From: a virus
Length of the DNA: 64,000 nt
IMG/VR virus record: IMGVR_UViG_3300031760_000017
Direction: 5' to 3' (one strand)
The notes beneath the pieces were generated by a model, which searched no databases, had not been told where the DNA came from, and was given only the letters and a program-made list of their open reading frames with translations. Positions 7,697 through 18,611 of the stretch are shown here, in pieces. Each line of letters begins with the position of its first letter. Positions within the stretch are counted from its first letter, which is position 1. Made by a program: the position numbers and the translations under genes.

Positions 7697-8703
7697 ATAT
7701 ATTTTTGATGATCTTGTTTAACTTTTTCATTTGAAACATGTGCATAATGTAAAGTAGTTTCAAGCTAAGAATGTCCTAATACACTTTGAATAGATTCAAT
7801 TGGCATGCCTCTGTTTATCGCAGTTGTTGCCATAGTATATCTAAAACGATGTGGAATAATATCTTCAACACCGCTATTCTAAGTTAATTGATGCAATCTT
7901 TTTCTAACTCCTGAAGTACTTAATCTATTATAAGGGAATCTTAAAGACACAAAAAGAGCTTCATTATTATCTTTTCTTTCATTTATATAGTTTTTTATAC
8001 TAACTACAGTTTTTGCATCTATATAAACAGTTCTCCATTTTCCACCTTTTCCGCAAACAATAATTTCCCTCTTATTTAAATCAACATCTTTAATATTTAA
8101 ACCTACACATTCAGAAATTCTAATACCTGATGAAATTAGTAAATCTACAATAGCAATATCTCTATTTGTTTTACAAGCTCTTCTTATCTATTCTATATCT
8201 ATATCAGTGTACTATTGCCTTGGTTTTACATTAGACTTCTATCTTCTTATTCTTACTGAAGGATCTTTCTAAATATACTCTTCTTCATATAGCCATTTAA
8301 AAAAAGATCGTATAATACTTTTTCTTTGATTTAATGTTTCAGTACTTAATGGTTTACCAGTTTTTTTATTTTTAGATATATATTGAATATATAAACGAAG
8401 ATGATTAACAGTTATTTTTTCTAAAGGTAAACTTAAATAGTTTAACATATCCTATAAACACATTTTATATTGTTCTTTACTTTTTTCTGACATTCTACCC
8501 TATTGCTCTTTTGCCGCCATATAAATATAATAAGCTTCTGGTAATTGATAATTTTCATCTTTTAAATCTACAAAATTTGGTGTGATATTATAATTAAGAG
8601 AATAAGTATTTAATATATTTTTAATTTTATCTATATCCTATCTTTTAAAAAACGGCTATATTTTTAAACAAAATCCTTCAACAAAAGATAAGTTTGAAGA
8701 CAT
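7690..8703 (-). CDS. tyrosine recombinase/integrase (XerC/D-like), 337 aa with TAG=Gln
   Basis: Hand translation gives ...SSGIRISE..., HRFRYTMATT, LGHS-TAG-LETTLHYAHV (catalytic R, HxxR, H and Y). About 10 in-frame TAGs, with no TAA/TGA until 7692-7690. Confidence 0.8.
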
Positions 8704-8734
8704 TAATTAATTCTCCTTTTTTTTAATATTAAAA

Positions 8735-8770
8735 AAAGGAGGACTATATTTAAATATATAGTCCTCCTTT
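8735..8770 (-). terminator. 15-bp perfect hairpin after the tail-fibre operon
   Basis: AAAGGAGGACTATAT-ttaaat-ATATAGTCCTCCTTT, flanked by A/T runs. Confidence 0.6.
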
Positions 8771-8912
8771 ACTCTTTATTTAATTTTATTTTAATTCCAT
8801 AAATAGATAACTTAAATAAAATACTATTTTATTTTTTATTTATTCACTATAATTTCATATCTTCTGTGCTTAATTAAAGTTTTTATTTAAGATCTCTAAA
8901 TGGGCGTTTAGT

Positions 8913-10181
8913 TTACTCACCTAAGATTGTGCCATCGACATACTCAAGACGTTTTACAACAAAATCACGTATCTGCAAAATGTTGTTGTCCGTCTTTCCG
9001 GGGATCGTAATAAAAGCCCCGTCTGCTGTTGTCTCTGCATAATCCTCGGCATAAAGATATGGCGGAATCTGGCTTATGAACTTGTCGAACTCTCCGAGAA
9101 TATTTCCGGCAGAAAGTACGGTTTCTCTAAGTTCCTGATACCTTGCTATTACATCGCTCTGGAAAAGATTCCAAATACGATAATGCAGGTAGTTGTCCTC
9201 TTGAAACTGCGTATATCCGTTATAATTCTCTTGGAAGATTGTGTTATAAGGACGCCATGTTACTTCTTCCTGTCGCACAAGTCCGGTCATTCCCCACGTA
9301 GAATCCAAATCGTACAAACCTGTGTACCACTGTTCTGCATCATACGTAAAAAATGTCTGATTCTTTGCGATCAGGTCAATGGCACATATAGCCCTTACGA
9401 ATATATGCATATCAATGAGCGATTGCAGGTCAATCTTTGAATCTATCCCGGCTATAAACTGCGCATCTGTTGAATTACATATAAACGCCAGTACGGAAGT
9501 CCAACTATCGGCAATGACTGTTGGCATTTCATCGTGAAGTTCATCAGACCATTTTCCATTCATTGTCGGCTGTCTGAAAAACATCGTGTTATCATCAGCA
9601 AGCCCATCTGTCTGAATAATGCAGTTTGTTTCCTCGTCAGAATCCACACCGTACATACCGTCTTTCGGTAAATTCCATGTATAAAGACCATAGTATACAC
9701 CGTTGTGGTAGACCTTGACCGGGAATCCATCAATCGCAAGATTGCTCTTTCTCAGCGTAGCAGGTAGGGATGCAAAATTACTCCTTGACCTGACTGCCTG
9801 TGACCAAAGACGGGCATTAACAATATTTCTTGCATGGCTGTGGTCTATCCAGTTTGCTTTAAGGACAAACTTATTTCTAGGTTTATCCCAATCTCTGAAA
9901 AGACGTTTGCTCTTTGATTTTCTTGCGCTGTCTGTAAAAAGATTTATCGTGTAATTTTTCTTTGGATAGTAGGCAGATGAATCTCCTTGTACTTTAGCTG
10001 TAGCGTAATCCGTGAATGATTCCGTTGCGCTCTTGTATGTTATCTTAATGTTGCTCTTGCCTTCTGTCTTTGTCGCATACAGTTCACCCTCGATGGACAC
10101 AACTGGAATATCACCGTCATTGGGTTCATATCCGCCTACGTTTACAATATTTCCATGATAATCATAAATATAAGCCATCAT
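8913..10181 (-). CDS. CotH-family (kinase-like) protein, probable tail-fibre or receptor-binding accessory
   Basis: Intact 422-aa ORF in the standard code. LKANWIDHSHARNIVNARLW and the following segments resemble CotH. G+C-richer and TAG-free. Confidence 0.6.
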   Translation of the reverse strand: MMAYIYDYHGNIVNVGGYEPNDGDIPVVSIEGELYATKTEGKSNIKITYKSATESFTDYATAKVQGDSSAYYPKKNYTINLFTDSARKSKSKRLFRDWDKPRNKFVLKANWIDHSHARNIVNARLWSQAVRSRSNFASLPATLRKSNLAIDGFPVKVYHNGVYYGLYTWNLPKDGMYGVDSDEETNCIIQTDGLADDNTMFFRQPTMNGKWSDELHDEMPTVIADSWTSVLAFICNSTDAQFIAGIDSKIDLQSLIDMHIFVRAICAIDLIAKNQTFFTYDAEQWYTGLYDLDSTWGMTGLVRQEEVTWRPYNTIFQENYNGYTQFQEDNYLHYRIWNLFQSDVIARYQELRETVLSAGNILGEFDKFISQIPPYLYAEDYAETTADGAFITIPGKTDNNILQIRDFVVKRLEYVDGTILGE

Positions 10182-10189
10182 ATCACCCC

Positions 10190-11014
10190 TTAAACAGTAA
10201 TATTCGTTCCGACAAGTTCATTGATTTCCTGATTGGATAATGCAACTTTATAGATTTTATAGAAATCTATTGTGCCTGACCACGGTTTAACTGTGCCACT
10301 TTCAACTATGCCAATCTTATAATTACCTACAGCGTCAGCGGTACTCGTTATAATGTCCTCTAAAGAGTAAACAAGGTCATCATCAACATAACTATGTATC
10401 AATAAGTGCTTTGAAAAGTTTCTTACTACGATAATTATATCGTGCGCAACATCCATACTAAAAGGTGTAGAGTTACCTCCAAGGTTTTTAAATGTTGTCC
10501 GTGTCATAATTTGTTCATTAGATACGGTTGTTGCAATTCTCAAGCCTGTAACGACACTTCCATTTAATCTGGATTTTGCGCTTGCGTCCAGTAGGAATGA
10601 AGCCTCAGTGGTAGGCTCCCACGTCCCCTTTATCAGGATCGTAAAATCCTCGTTATCCATATCATTTCTTGCAGGTACTCCGGTATCGACTGTAAATGCA
10701 CTCATATCTGTTCCATACGGCAACTCATAAATAACCCGGCTGTCTACACTCATGCTGAACAATGCATCTTTCAGGGCTTTGCCGTACTTCTCACCGTCCT
10801 CGGTATCCCAATATACATGCTCAAAACAGTCTATAAGGGCTGTCTTTACATTATCCGGCATAATGCTATATGCGGGAATTACAAGACCGTCTGAGCCGAT
10901 AGCAAGCACCCTCCCGGCATTTATAGCTCCCTGCTGTTTGTCAACTTTCTGACCATTTGAAATAGCTTCAATAAGTGCGTCAACCTTTGCACCTTCCCAA
11001 ATATTAACTGCCAT
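10190..11014 (-). CDS. LamG/concanavalin-like domain tail protein
   Basis: Intact 274-aa ORF. The C-terminal ...IDFYKIYKVALSNQEINEL is typical of Laminin_G_3-type domains. G+C-richer and TAG-free. Confidence 0.5.
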   Translation of the reverse strand: MAVNIWEGAKVDALIEAISNGQKVDKQQGAINAGRVLAIGSDGLVIPAYSIMPDNVKTALIDCFEHVYWDTEDGEKYGKALKDALFSMSVDSRVIYELPYGTDMSAFTVDTGVPARNDMDNEDFTILIKGTWEPTTEASFLLDASAKSRLNGSVVTGLRIATTVSNEQIMTRTTFKNLGGNSTPFSMDVAHDIIIVVRNFSKHLLIHSYVDDDLVYSLEDIITSTADAVGNYKIGIVESGTVKPWSGTIDFYKIYKVALSNQEINELVGTNITV

Positions 11015-12087
11015 TATACACCTCCGTTATATGTAACCGTTGTTTCGAGTGTTGTAAGATTGGTTACGATTGTCAGTGATTCTCCTGTGTTCAGCGTTCG
11101 GACTTCTGTTATTGTTCCAGTACCATAAGTAAAAGCGTCCGTTCTTATAGCTACCGAATTACGACTGTGAGTAACCTGAGAAACCTTCCCATCGGTGAAC
11201 GTATATGCCTGAGTTGTATCAGGAACATCATCACTAAGAAGCATTAACTTATGTGTTAAATCCCCGGTAGTGCTGACCCATGCATTCCATGTAGAAGTAA
11301 ATGCACTATATGTTCTAACCCATACTTCTATGCTTGTTCTTCCCGACTTGTAAGTATAGGTCAACCGCTGAAACGTCCTACCTACATTGTTTCCAAAAAC
11401 TTCATGCCAAACTTCCAAAATTCCATGCTCACTATCGGCAGTAGGTTTGTGAAGATATGAATTATCAGTGTGAAGCATATACACACCGGGAGTCAATACG
11501 GTATTCAAGTCCGTTCCGTCAGCAAGCCTTTGAGGTTCTGTTAATGCACCTAAATCAGCCTTTATTTCCGTAAACTCATCTCCAACAGCTTTCGCATCAG
11601 CTGCAGTTCCAGTTATAGAAAGCGTATCATCTACTTCAATTTGTTTAGCATCAATAGCAGCATTTACTTCGGCTTTCGTATAAGTATTTGATGCGTTTGC
11701 TTTCTTATTTAACTCTGTTTTAACTGCCAACGCATCTGCAGCGGCACCTTCAATAGTTAAAGTTTTATCAACAATAACCGCACTTCCTACAGGATTTACA
11801 TTATCATCTAACCAATCAGTAGTATCCGCACTAATTTGTTTTCTTAAAAAATCATTTAATCTTGAATTAAATTCATTAGTGCTAATTTTATCTCCATCCA
11901 ATTCATCAATCTGATGTTGGAGATTTCCTTTTCCAGAAGAAGAAATATCGACACTTCCTAAAGCATCTAATAAAGTATGATTATTTTCATCCCACTAAAC
12001 ATTTTGGACATTCACACTAATAGGAATTTCTCCAGTATAAGTGCCATTCTTTTGCTTTATTTTTATAGCCTTTATTTTATCAGCCAT
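11014..12087 (-). CDS. tail fibre protein (mosaic: AT-rich N-terminus with one TAG, G+C-richer TAG-free C-terminus)
   Basis: ATG 12087 follows AAGGAGG and is in frame with track ORF 11014-11901 (offset 186). TAG at 11997-11995 (NV-Q-WDENNH). Repeated G(A/T)AADA(L/K)AV fibre motifs. Confidence 0.7.
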
Positions 12088-12106
12088 AAAACTTCTTCCT
12101 CCTTTC

Positions 12107-12424
12107 TTAAACATAATTTTCTAATTTATTAAAAATTTTATTAGTCACATATATAATTTCATCTCTATAAGTTGAAATTAAATCCGCAACTAACTCCTAT
12201 TGTTCAATAGTAAGATTTACATTATAAGAAAACATTGCAGCATGTGTAATTTCATGACATAAAACTTTCCTTAATAGTTTACCAGTTAGCGTCTCATTTA
12301 TGTATATAGTTCTAGTCAAATTATCACATGCACCTATTGAAAAATCTCCAGACTTTCTTCTTAAAAGAGGAAAGTCTGGAGATACAAAAGCAAGTTTCCA
12401 ATATGTGTTATTTATTAAAAACAT
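12107..12424 (-). CDS. HExxH zinc-metalloprotease-like protein (ImmA/IrrE- or SprT-like)
   Basis: LCHEITHAAMF motif. Track ORF 12197-12424 continues through TAG to TAA at 12109-12107. Confidence 0.45.
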
Positions 12425-12449
12425 TAAGAAATTTTGTTTGCTAGCGTTG

Positions 12450-12611
12450 TCATTTTTTGACGTAAGGTTTATTACCCATATAATTATTATATGGGGTGTT
12501 GCTCAATAACATGTTATTGCTCCCATAAGGAAATTGTACTTGCGGTTGCCCCATCATTCCGCTCATAAGCTGAGGCTGTTGCAAATAGTTAGAATTATTG
12601 TAATTTGCCAT
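12450..12611 (-). CDS. small Q/N/P-rich protein (53 aa)
   Basis: GGAGG RBS, then MANYNNSNYLQQPQLMSGMMGQPQVQFPYG..., ending with TGA at 12452-12450. Confidence 0.4.
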   Translation of the reverse strand: MANYNNSNYLQQPQLMSGMMGQPQVQFPYGSNNMLLSNTPYNNYMGNKPYVKK

Positions 12612-12757
12612 TACTTTCCTCCAATCGAGATCTCTTTTTACTTTTTGAATTATTTAACAGTTACTAAATTTTCGCGAAAAAAGAAAGAGTTTTTTCTTTC
12701 CACATATATATAAAAATTTCTACTATTAAATTAATTACATTTGACCAAAAAATTGAG

Positions 12758-12786
12758 TTGACAAAAATAAAAATTTTTTGTATAAT
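12758..12786 (+). promoter_or_regulatory. sigma70-type promoter (TTGACA-N17-TATAAT)
   Basis: -35 at 12758-12763 and -10 at 12781-12786, with TG immediately upstream of the -10. Confidence 0.65.
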
Positions 12787-12810
12787 ACAGATAAGAAAGA
12801 GGTGTAATTT

Positions 12811-13299
12811 ATGAAAATATTATCATTAGATTTATCAACAAAATCTTCTGGTTGGTGTGTAGGAGAAGATGGAGTTATAAAATCTCACGGATGCATTACC
12901 GCATCATCAAAAGATGTGATTCAAAGAATTATAAAGATGCGGAGTTAGTTATCTGCAATTATATAGAAAAATAAAATAGATAAAATTGTTATGGAATAGG
13001 TACGACCTGACTTTAATTCACATACGAGTAAGGTATTAATGTGGCTTCAAGCAGCAATTGCAATTGCCGCACACTAGATTAATCCGAAGATTTAGTTTTA
13101 GTTCATCGGACCTAGTGAATGGCGTGCCGCATTAAAATTTAAGCAAGGTCGCGGAGTAAAAAGAGATAATTTAAAATCACAAGATATACAATATGTTAAA
13201 GATAAATATAGCACAGATGTAAATGATGACTAGGCAGACGCAATATGTCTTTTTGACGCTTATTCAGAAAAATTTGATAATGAAATAAATTGGGAATAA
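12811..13299 (+). CDS. RuvC-like Holliday-junction resolvase, 162 aa with TAG=Gln
   Basis: ILSLDLSTKSSGW, VME-TAG-VRP and DD-TAG-ADAICLFDAY match the RuvC acidic tetrad context. Seven in-frame TAGs. Ends at TAA 13297-13299. Confidence 0.7.
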
Positions 13300-13331
13300 A
13301 AAAGACTAATCTTATTCAAGATTAGTCTTTT
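13300..13331. terminator. bidirectional intrinsic terminator
   Basis: AAAAGACTAATCTT-attc-AAGATTAGTCTTTT lies between convergent genes. Confidence 0.7.
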
Positions 13332-13339
13332 TTATTTTA

Positions 13340-13576
13340 TTATTCTTCTTCTTTTTTATCCTATTCTTTTAAATCATCTAAAGGAATCTTATTAACCTTT
13401 CTAGATTTCATAGATTGAACAGTATAATCATTCTAAATCTTCTGTTTTTTTACTATTTTCCAAATCTATTGAAATAAAAAGAATTTAATTAAAAAAGGAA
13501 GCTATGATTTATTAAACTCCTAAATAATTTTCTATTGAAAATTATAACACATTAAATTATAATCATTTTCATTCAT
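13340..13576 (-). CDS. hypothetical protein, 78 aa with TAG=Gln
   Basis: AAGAGG RBS, then MNENDYNLMCYNF..., six in-frame TAGs, and TAA at 13342-13340. Confidence 0.4.
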
Positions 13577-13603
13577 TTTTAATACCTCTTATCTATAATT
13601 ATA

Positions 13604-16600
13604 TCAATCTATATAACCAACCCATCCTCTATACGGACTACCATATGAATGTCCATCATACCATCTTCCAAGAGCATAACCCCATTCAAAATAAAGAATC
13701 CGAGGAGAACTTGAATCATTTGGATCTGCATGCTCGATCCATATATCTGTAACAATCTGTCCCCAAGAAACTTTTTGATTATCATAAGTAAAATAATCAG
13801 CTTCTAATTCTTCAGTTGAAAGATAATCTGATCTAATTTGTGAAGCAGTCAAATAATCTGATCTAATTTGTGAAGCAGTTAGATAATTTGCATTAAGAGT
13901 TTGAGTAGAAACATAATTTGCTTTAACTTGATTAAATTCTGCTTTATCAGCATATAATGTATCACATTTTATAATCATCTTATCAGTCAAACTTCCAGAA
14001 TAATAACTGTTGGTCATATCACTAGCCATAACAGTATTAGGATCTAACCAAGAGTCACCTGAGCCTCCTATAGTAAAACCATATCCATTTAAGGACTGTC
14101 CACTCATAACCTATCCATAAATTTTCCCAAAATAAGCATCTCCATTTGCGCTAATAGACCAAGAAGGACCAGATATACTACCCTCATAATCAAGAGAAAG
14201 ATTACCAGCTTTTAAATCATAAGTATTAATATTCCATCCGCCTATCTGTCCGGAGCTTGCATTTATCTCGCCTGATAAATTTACATTAGATGCTGTTAGA
14301 TTACCATTATTATCAACAGAAAATCTAGAACCAAGAGCAATTTCATCAGTTCCAATATAAACGCTTCTATTATTTCCTTTTGTTCCAAAAGAAATTGAAC
14401 TTAAATTAGCTGTAAAATCTCCTTTAATAGTCCAATGATTTCCAGATAAATACCCCATTTCTAAAGTCGCAGGTTTTATTGTTCCATTATCTGAATATCT
14501 ATTAGTAAATCTAAAAGAATTTCCTAAAGATAAGCCAAGAGGAGATAAATGAAAACCATCAGCTGTATTAGTTAATTCTGTTTTATTTCCACTATAAATA
14601 CGACTACGATCAGCTTCTAAAGTAATTTTTTGACTATTTAAAGAATTACTTTCAGTACCAATTAATTTAGTACCATTTATAGTCCAACCGCCAATTTGAC
14701 CAGATGTTGCGGTAATTTTCCCACTTAAATCTGTATTAGTAGCAACTAAATTTCCATTAGAATCTACTTTAAAACGTCCTGAACCATATCTTATTTCAGG
14801 TTTTGTTAAATCAATTAATAAACCTTGACCTTTTTCATTACTAGATGTATAATTAGATGGTAAGCCATTTTCATTATAATTTTTCCAAAAATTACCACTA
14901 TATAATAAAGCATGACTAGTACTTGGATCTATTACAATTTGCCCATTGTTAGCTTTTCCAAATAACGCAGAACCATTTTCACTATTTAAAAAGAAAGTTC
15001 TATCACCTTTATTATATCCTAATAATCCAATGTCAGGAGCAGTCTTATCTGGATTTTTAACTTCACCCATTAAAACTCCAGTAAAACTATTATCATTTTC
15101 TTTTTTACCTGCGCCCATTTGCGGAGCTAAGATATAACCACCCTTATCATCTAATTGAATACTGTTGCCATCCCAAGCGTTAATATGAGCTAATCCATAT
15201 TTATTTAATAAGAAATGAATAGGAATATGAATTCTAGCAATAACCTAATTATTATTAACACTTTTAACAGTACATACTAAAGCATTATTAACACACTAGC
15301 CGCTATACCTTGAAGCTGGTCGACATATGCATTGATTCTTTTGTAAATTTTTAGTATAATAACTCTAAGTTAATAACTCTAAATCATGAGAATCGTTATT
15401 ATAAGGAAACTAATCATACTAACCTACTTCAATCTAATGTGTCTGTATTATATTTATAACATCACCATTAACTGAATAACTAAAATTAACTGCATGACTT
15501 CCAGAAACTAATGATATATCTTCCCATTTATTATTTATTTTTTCTTTAATAATAAATTCAAAAGGTTTAGAATTGTCATATTGAGGAGATAAACCATCAG
15601 AACTATACATGACATATCTAAATCCAGTATAATCTTTTAATTCAATTCTATAATTATCATTTTTAACCCATGCAGTTGCAATAGGCAATGTACTATAATA
15701 TGAGTGCTGATTATAAGTTATTGTGCATTTTAGAATATCTGCTAATGTTTGCGTAAAAGTAGTGTCTATTGGATGTGCTGTTGTATTCACATATGAAATA
15801 AGTCCAGTATTAGCATTTACAATATTAAAAGAACTTTCATCAGTAAAATTTGTTTTATAAAAATTCTTTAACATGTTCCAAGTTACAGAACTAGGACTAG
15901 TTACACCATCTTTTGGATTTGCGGCAGTTGAAGTTCCTTCCCAAATCAAATCTCCACTTTGCCATAGCTGAGCTTTAAATAAGGTTTTTCCAACATTAAA
16001 TCCTGCAGTTTGCTACTATCCAGTTCCGCTTGCCGCAAAATTAATAATATAAGAATTAGAATCTCCTATTGCTGTTAAAGTAGGGTAAATAGGTAATATT
16101 TTTGCTGTACTATTTGGAACAATTTTCACAATATATTGGGTCCCATTTGTACCAGGTTCTCCCTATTTTACAAAAGTAAAGTTAGTTTTTGCAACTAAAT
16201 TAATCTACTTATAAGTTACAAATAATTCAATCTGATTATTTAATTTTTTTACATCATATTTTTGTGCAATATCATAAACTAAAGTATCTAAATTTGAATA
16301 ATATCTATAACCTTCCTATTCAACTGCCCATGTTTTATTGTTTTTGTCAACTAATAAAGTATTTTCAATAGGAATTTTCCAAGTAACTTGTCTTTTCTTT
16401 ATATCATCAGTAATATCATTCCCTAAATTATCATATACCTTAAAAGTTAAAGCTAAAATCTATTGCGGATCATCTAAACTTTTACTATTAGGCGCAATAC
16501 CATTCTAATTATATTTATATGATGCAGAGCCATTTTCAATAATTAGTGAATATATATTTTCCGCCTATAAAGAATTACTTAAAGTAATTGAAGCTGTTCC

Positions 16601-18295
16601 TATATAATTATGATTTAAATCTTCTACCGTACATTTAAATATAGCAAATCCATCTATTGCATTAACTTGTAAATCATAAATTTTATTTTTACTTACTCTT
16701 TGTGTATATTTAAAATTAGAAAGAGTAGTTTCATAATTATTTAGTTCTTGTTGTGCTTCATTTTTAAATCTAGTTCCAGCTTGAATACTATTTTTTAATG
16801 ACTGCAAAGCATTATAAGTAGTTGTATAGTTATTATTTAATTCAGTCGTTGTTTCTAAAGCTTCTAATCCACAGTTATTATTTTGCCAAGCCCAATAGTA
16901 ATTATAATTTTGTATATTTTCAACTCCATTTACTTTACAAGTTAATGTTGGATGTCCAATATCATAATAAAATTGAGTGCCACTATCTGACTATATTATA
17001 ATATCTGCCGCATTAGCTTGTAAATTTTGAATTGTGATTTCCTTAGAAATAACTGTATTATCATATAAAACCGCAACTTTTAATTTATTTTCTCTTGCAG
17101 TTGCATCTTCTCGATAAACTATATAAGTACTATCTCCAGGCACCCATTCTATTTGAGGAGCTTGAGTTGCAGTTCCAGGTGAAATAATATTTTTTTCATT
17201 TACACATTTCCAACCGCGTCCTAAATGTTGATTATAATACTAACTATTTGCAAAAATACCAACATTTTCTTTTCCCCAATAGAAAGATAAATTTTGAGAA
17301 TCTGATACTAATTTTCCTTTTATTCTTACCTGTGCGGTAACTATTAATTCTTCTTTTGGAGAAGGATTTGTAGCTTGTTTAAAGAAAATACCTTTTGGAG
17401 TATAAAATGAAATAGATATTCCATTATTTTCTTCATCGCTTTTTCTTATAGCACCTAAAATTTCAACAGAAGAAATAAAGATATTTACTCCATTATCTGT
17501 TGATCTTAAAGGATAATGCTAAGGTGTCCCGGATGCTGAATTAGGAAAATCCTAGCAAAAGATTTCAATAGAATCAATTCTAACAAAGTTTTCTCCATCT
17601 ATTTCAAAAATCTAATATTGTCTAGTATTATGTTCAAATCTATAAGGATTACCTGTCATATTATCTTCATCAAGCGTATAGCTTTTAATTATCTATTTAG
17701 AATTTCCATTAGATTCTAAATTAGAATTATCATTAAATACTAAATTAAAAGTTATACCATAATGACCTTGATATTGTTCCTATAATGGAATAGTATTTCT
17801 TATAGTCATTCCTGCAATTAAAGAAGATGCTTTTTTAATATATTGATTTAAAGCATCATTATCTAATTTTAGCGGTGATGAGCTAACTCCATATTTATAA
17901 ATAACATAACTATATTTCTTATATTTTGTAGCTAAATAATAAATGCCGCTTGTTGTAACGCAATTCTTACCTAATATATCATATGCCTACTATCCAACCG
18001 CTTCAGAAACATAGTTAATTCCAAGTTTCTAAGTTGTACCAAGAATAGTTTTATCTTTGCTCATATCATTTCCTGGAACTAAAATATAAACATATGCACC
18101 TTTAGAATAAGTAATATCTGCCGAACCCGCATACGCAAAAAAAGTTGTATCTTGATAACGACATTTATATTTTCCTATTGTCGCATCTTCACAAGAAATA
18201 ATTTGAGCTTGAATAGTTTTATCATATCCAGCTTTTTTTATTGAATTATTAGTTAATAATTCAATCGCGTCTAAAATTTTCTAATTAACGCCCAT
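13604..18295 (-). CDS. giant tail hub/fibre protein, 1563 aa with TAG=Gln
   Basis: Track ORFs at 16807, 15949, 15118 and 14107 all share the frame of ATG 18295. Hand translation of 15118-15434 and other stretches shows only TAG interruptions. The N-terminus is OB-fold-like (GAYVYILVPGNDMSKDKTILG). The C-terminus has repeated SGQIGGW(T/N)IN motifs. Confidence 0.65.
13823..13890 (-). repeat. 30-nt tandem repeat (about 2.3 copies) inside the giant tail gene
   Basis: ATAATCTGATCTAATTTGTGAAGCAGT(C/T)A(A/G) occurs twice plus a partial copy. It encodes YLTASQIRSD repeats. Confidence 0.8.
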
Positions 18296-18383
18296 CTTTT
18301 ATCTCCTTATATCTCTTGTCTTTTATATTATAACATAAATTTTTTATTTCTTCAAACCAGTTTAAAGAATATTATGTTAAATT

Positions 18384-18548
18384 TCATATTTTTCTTGTTT
18401 TTAGAACTCCATCATAATTATATCTAGTTATCTAAAAAAAATCTTGTTTTGAAATTTTTTCTTCTTTAACTAAATTTATCATATCTATGAGTTCATAAGC
18501 TCCACAATTCCATTTTTCTTGAATTTTAATTAAATTAAATTCTTTCAT
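18384..18548 (-). CDS. hypothetical small protein (54 aa)
   Basis: GGAGAAATAA then ATG. MKEFNLIKIQEKWNCGAYELIDM..., with one TAG, ending at TGA 18386-18384. Confidence 0.4.
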
Positions 18549-18611
18549 TTATTTCTCCTTTTAAACAATAAAATAAGGAAATAGTATTAAAATACTATTT
18601 CCTTATTATTT

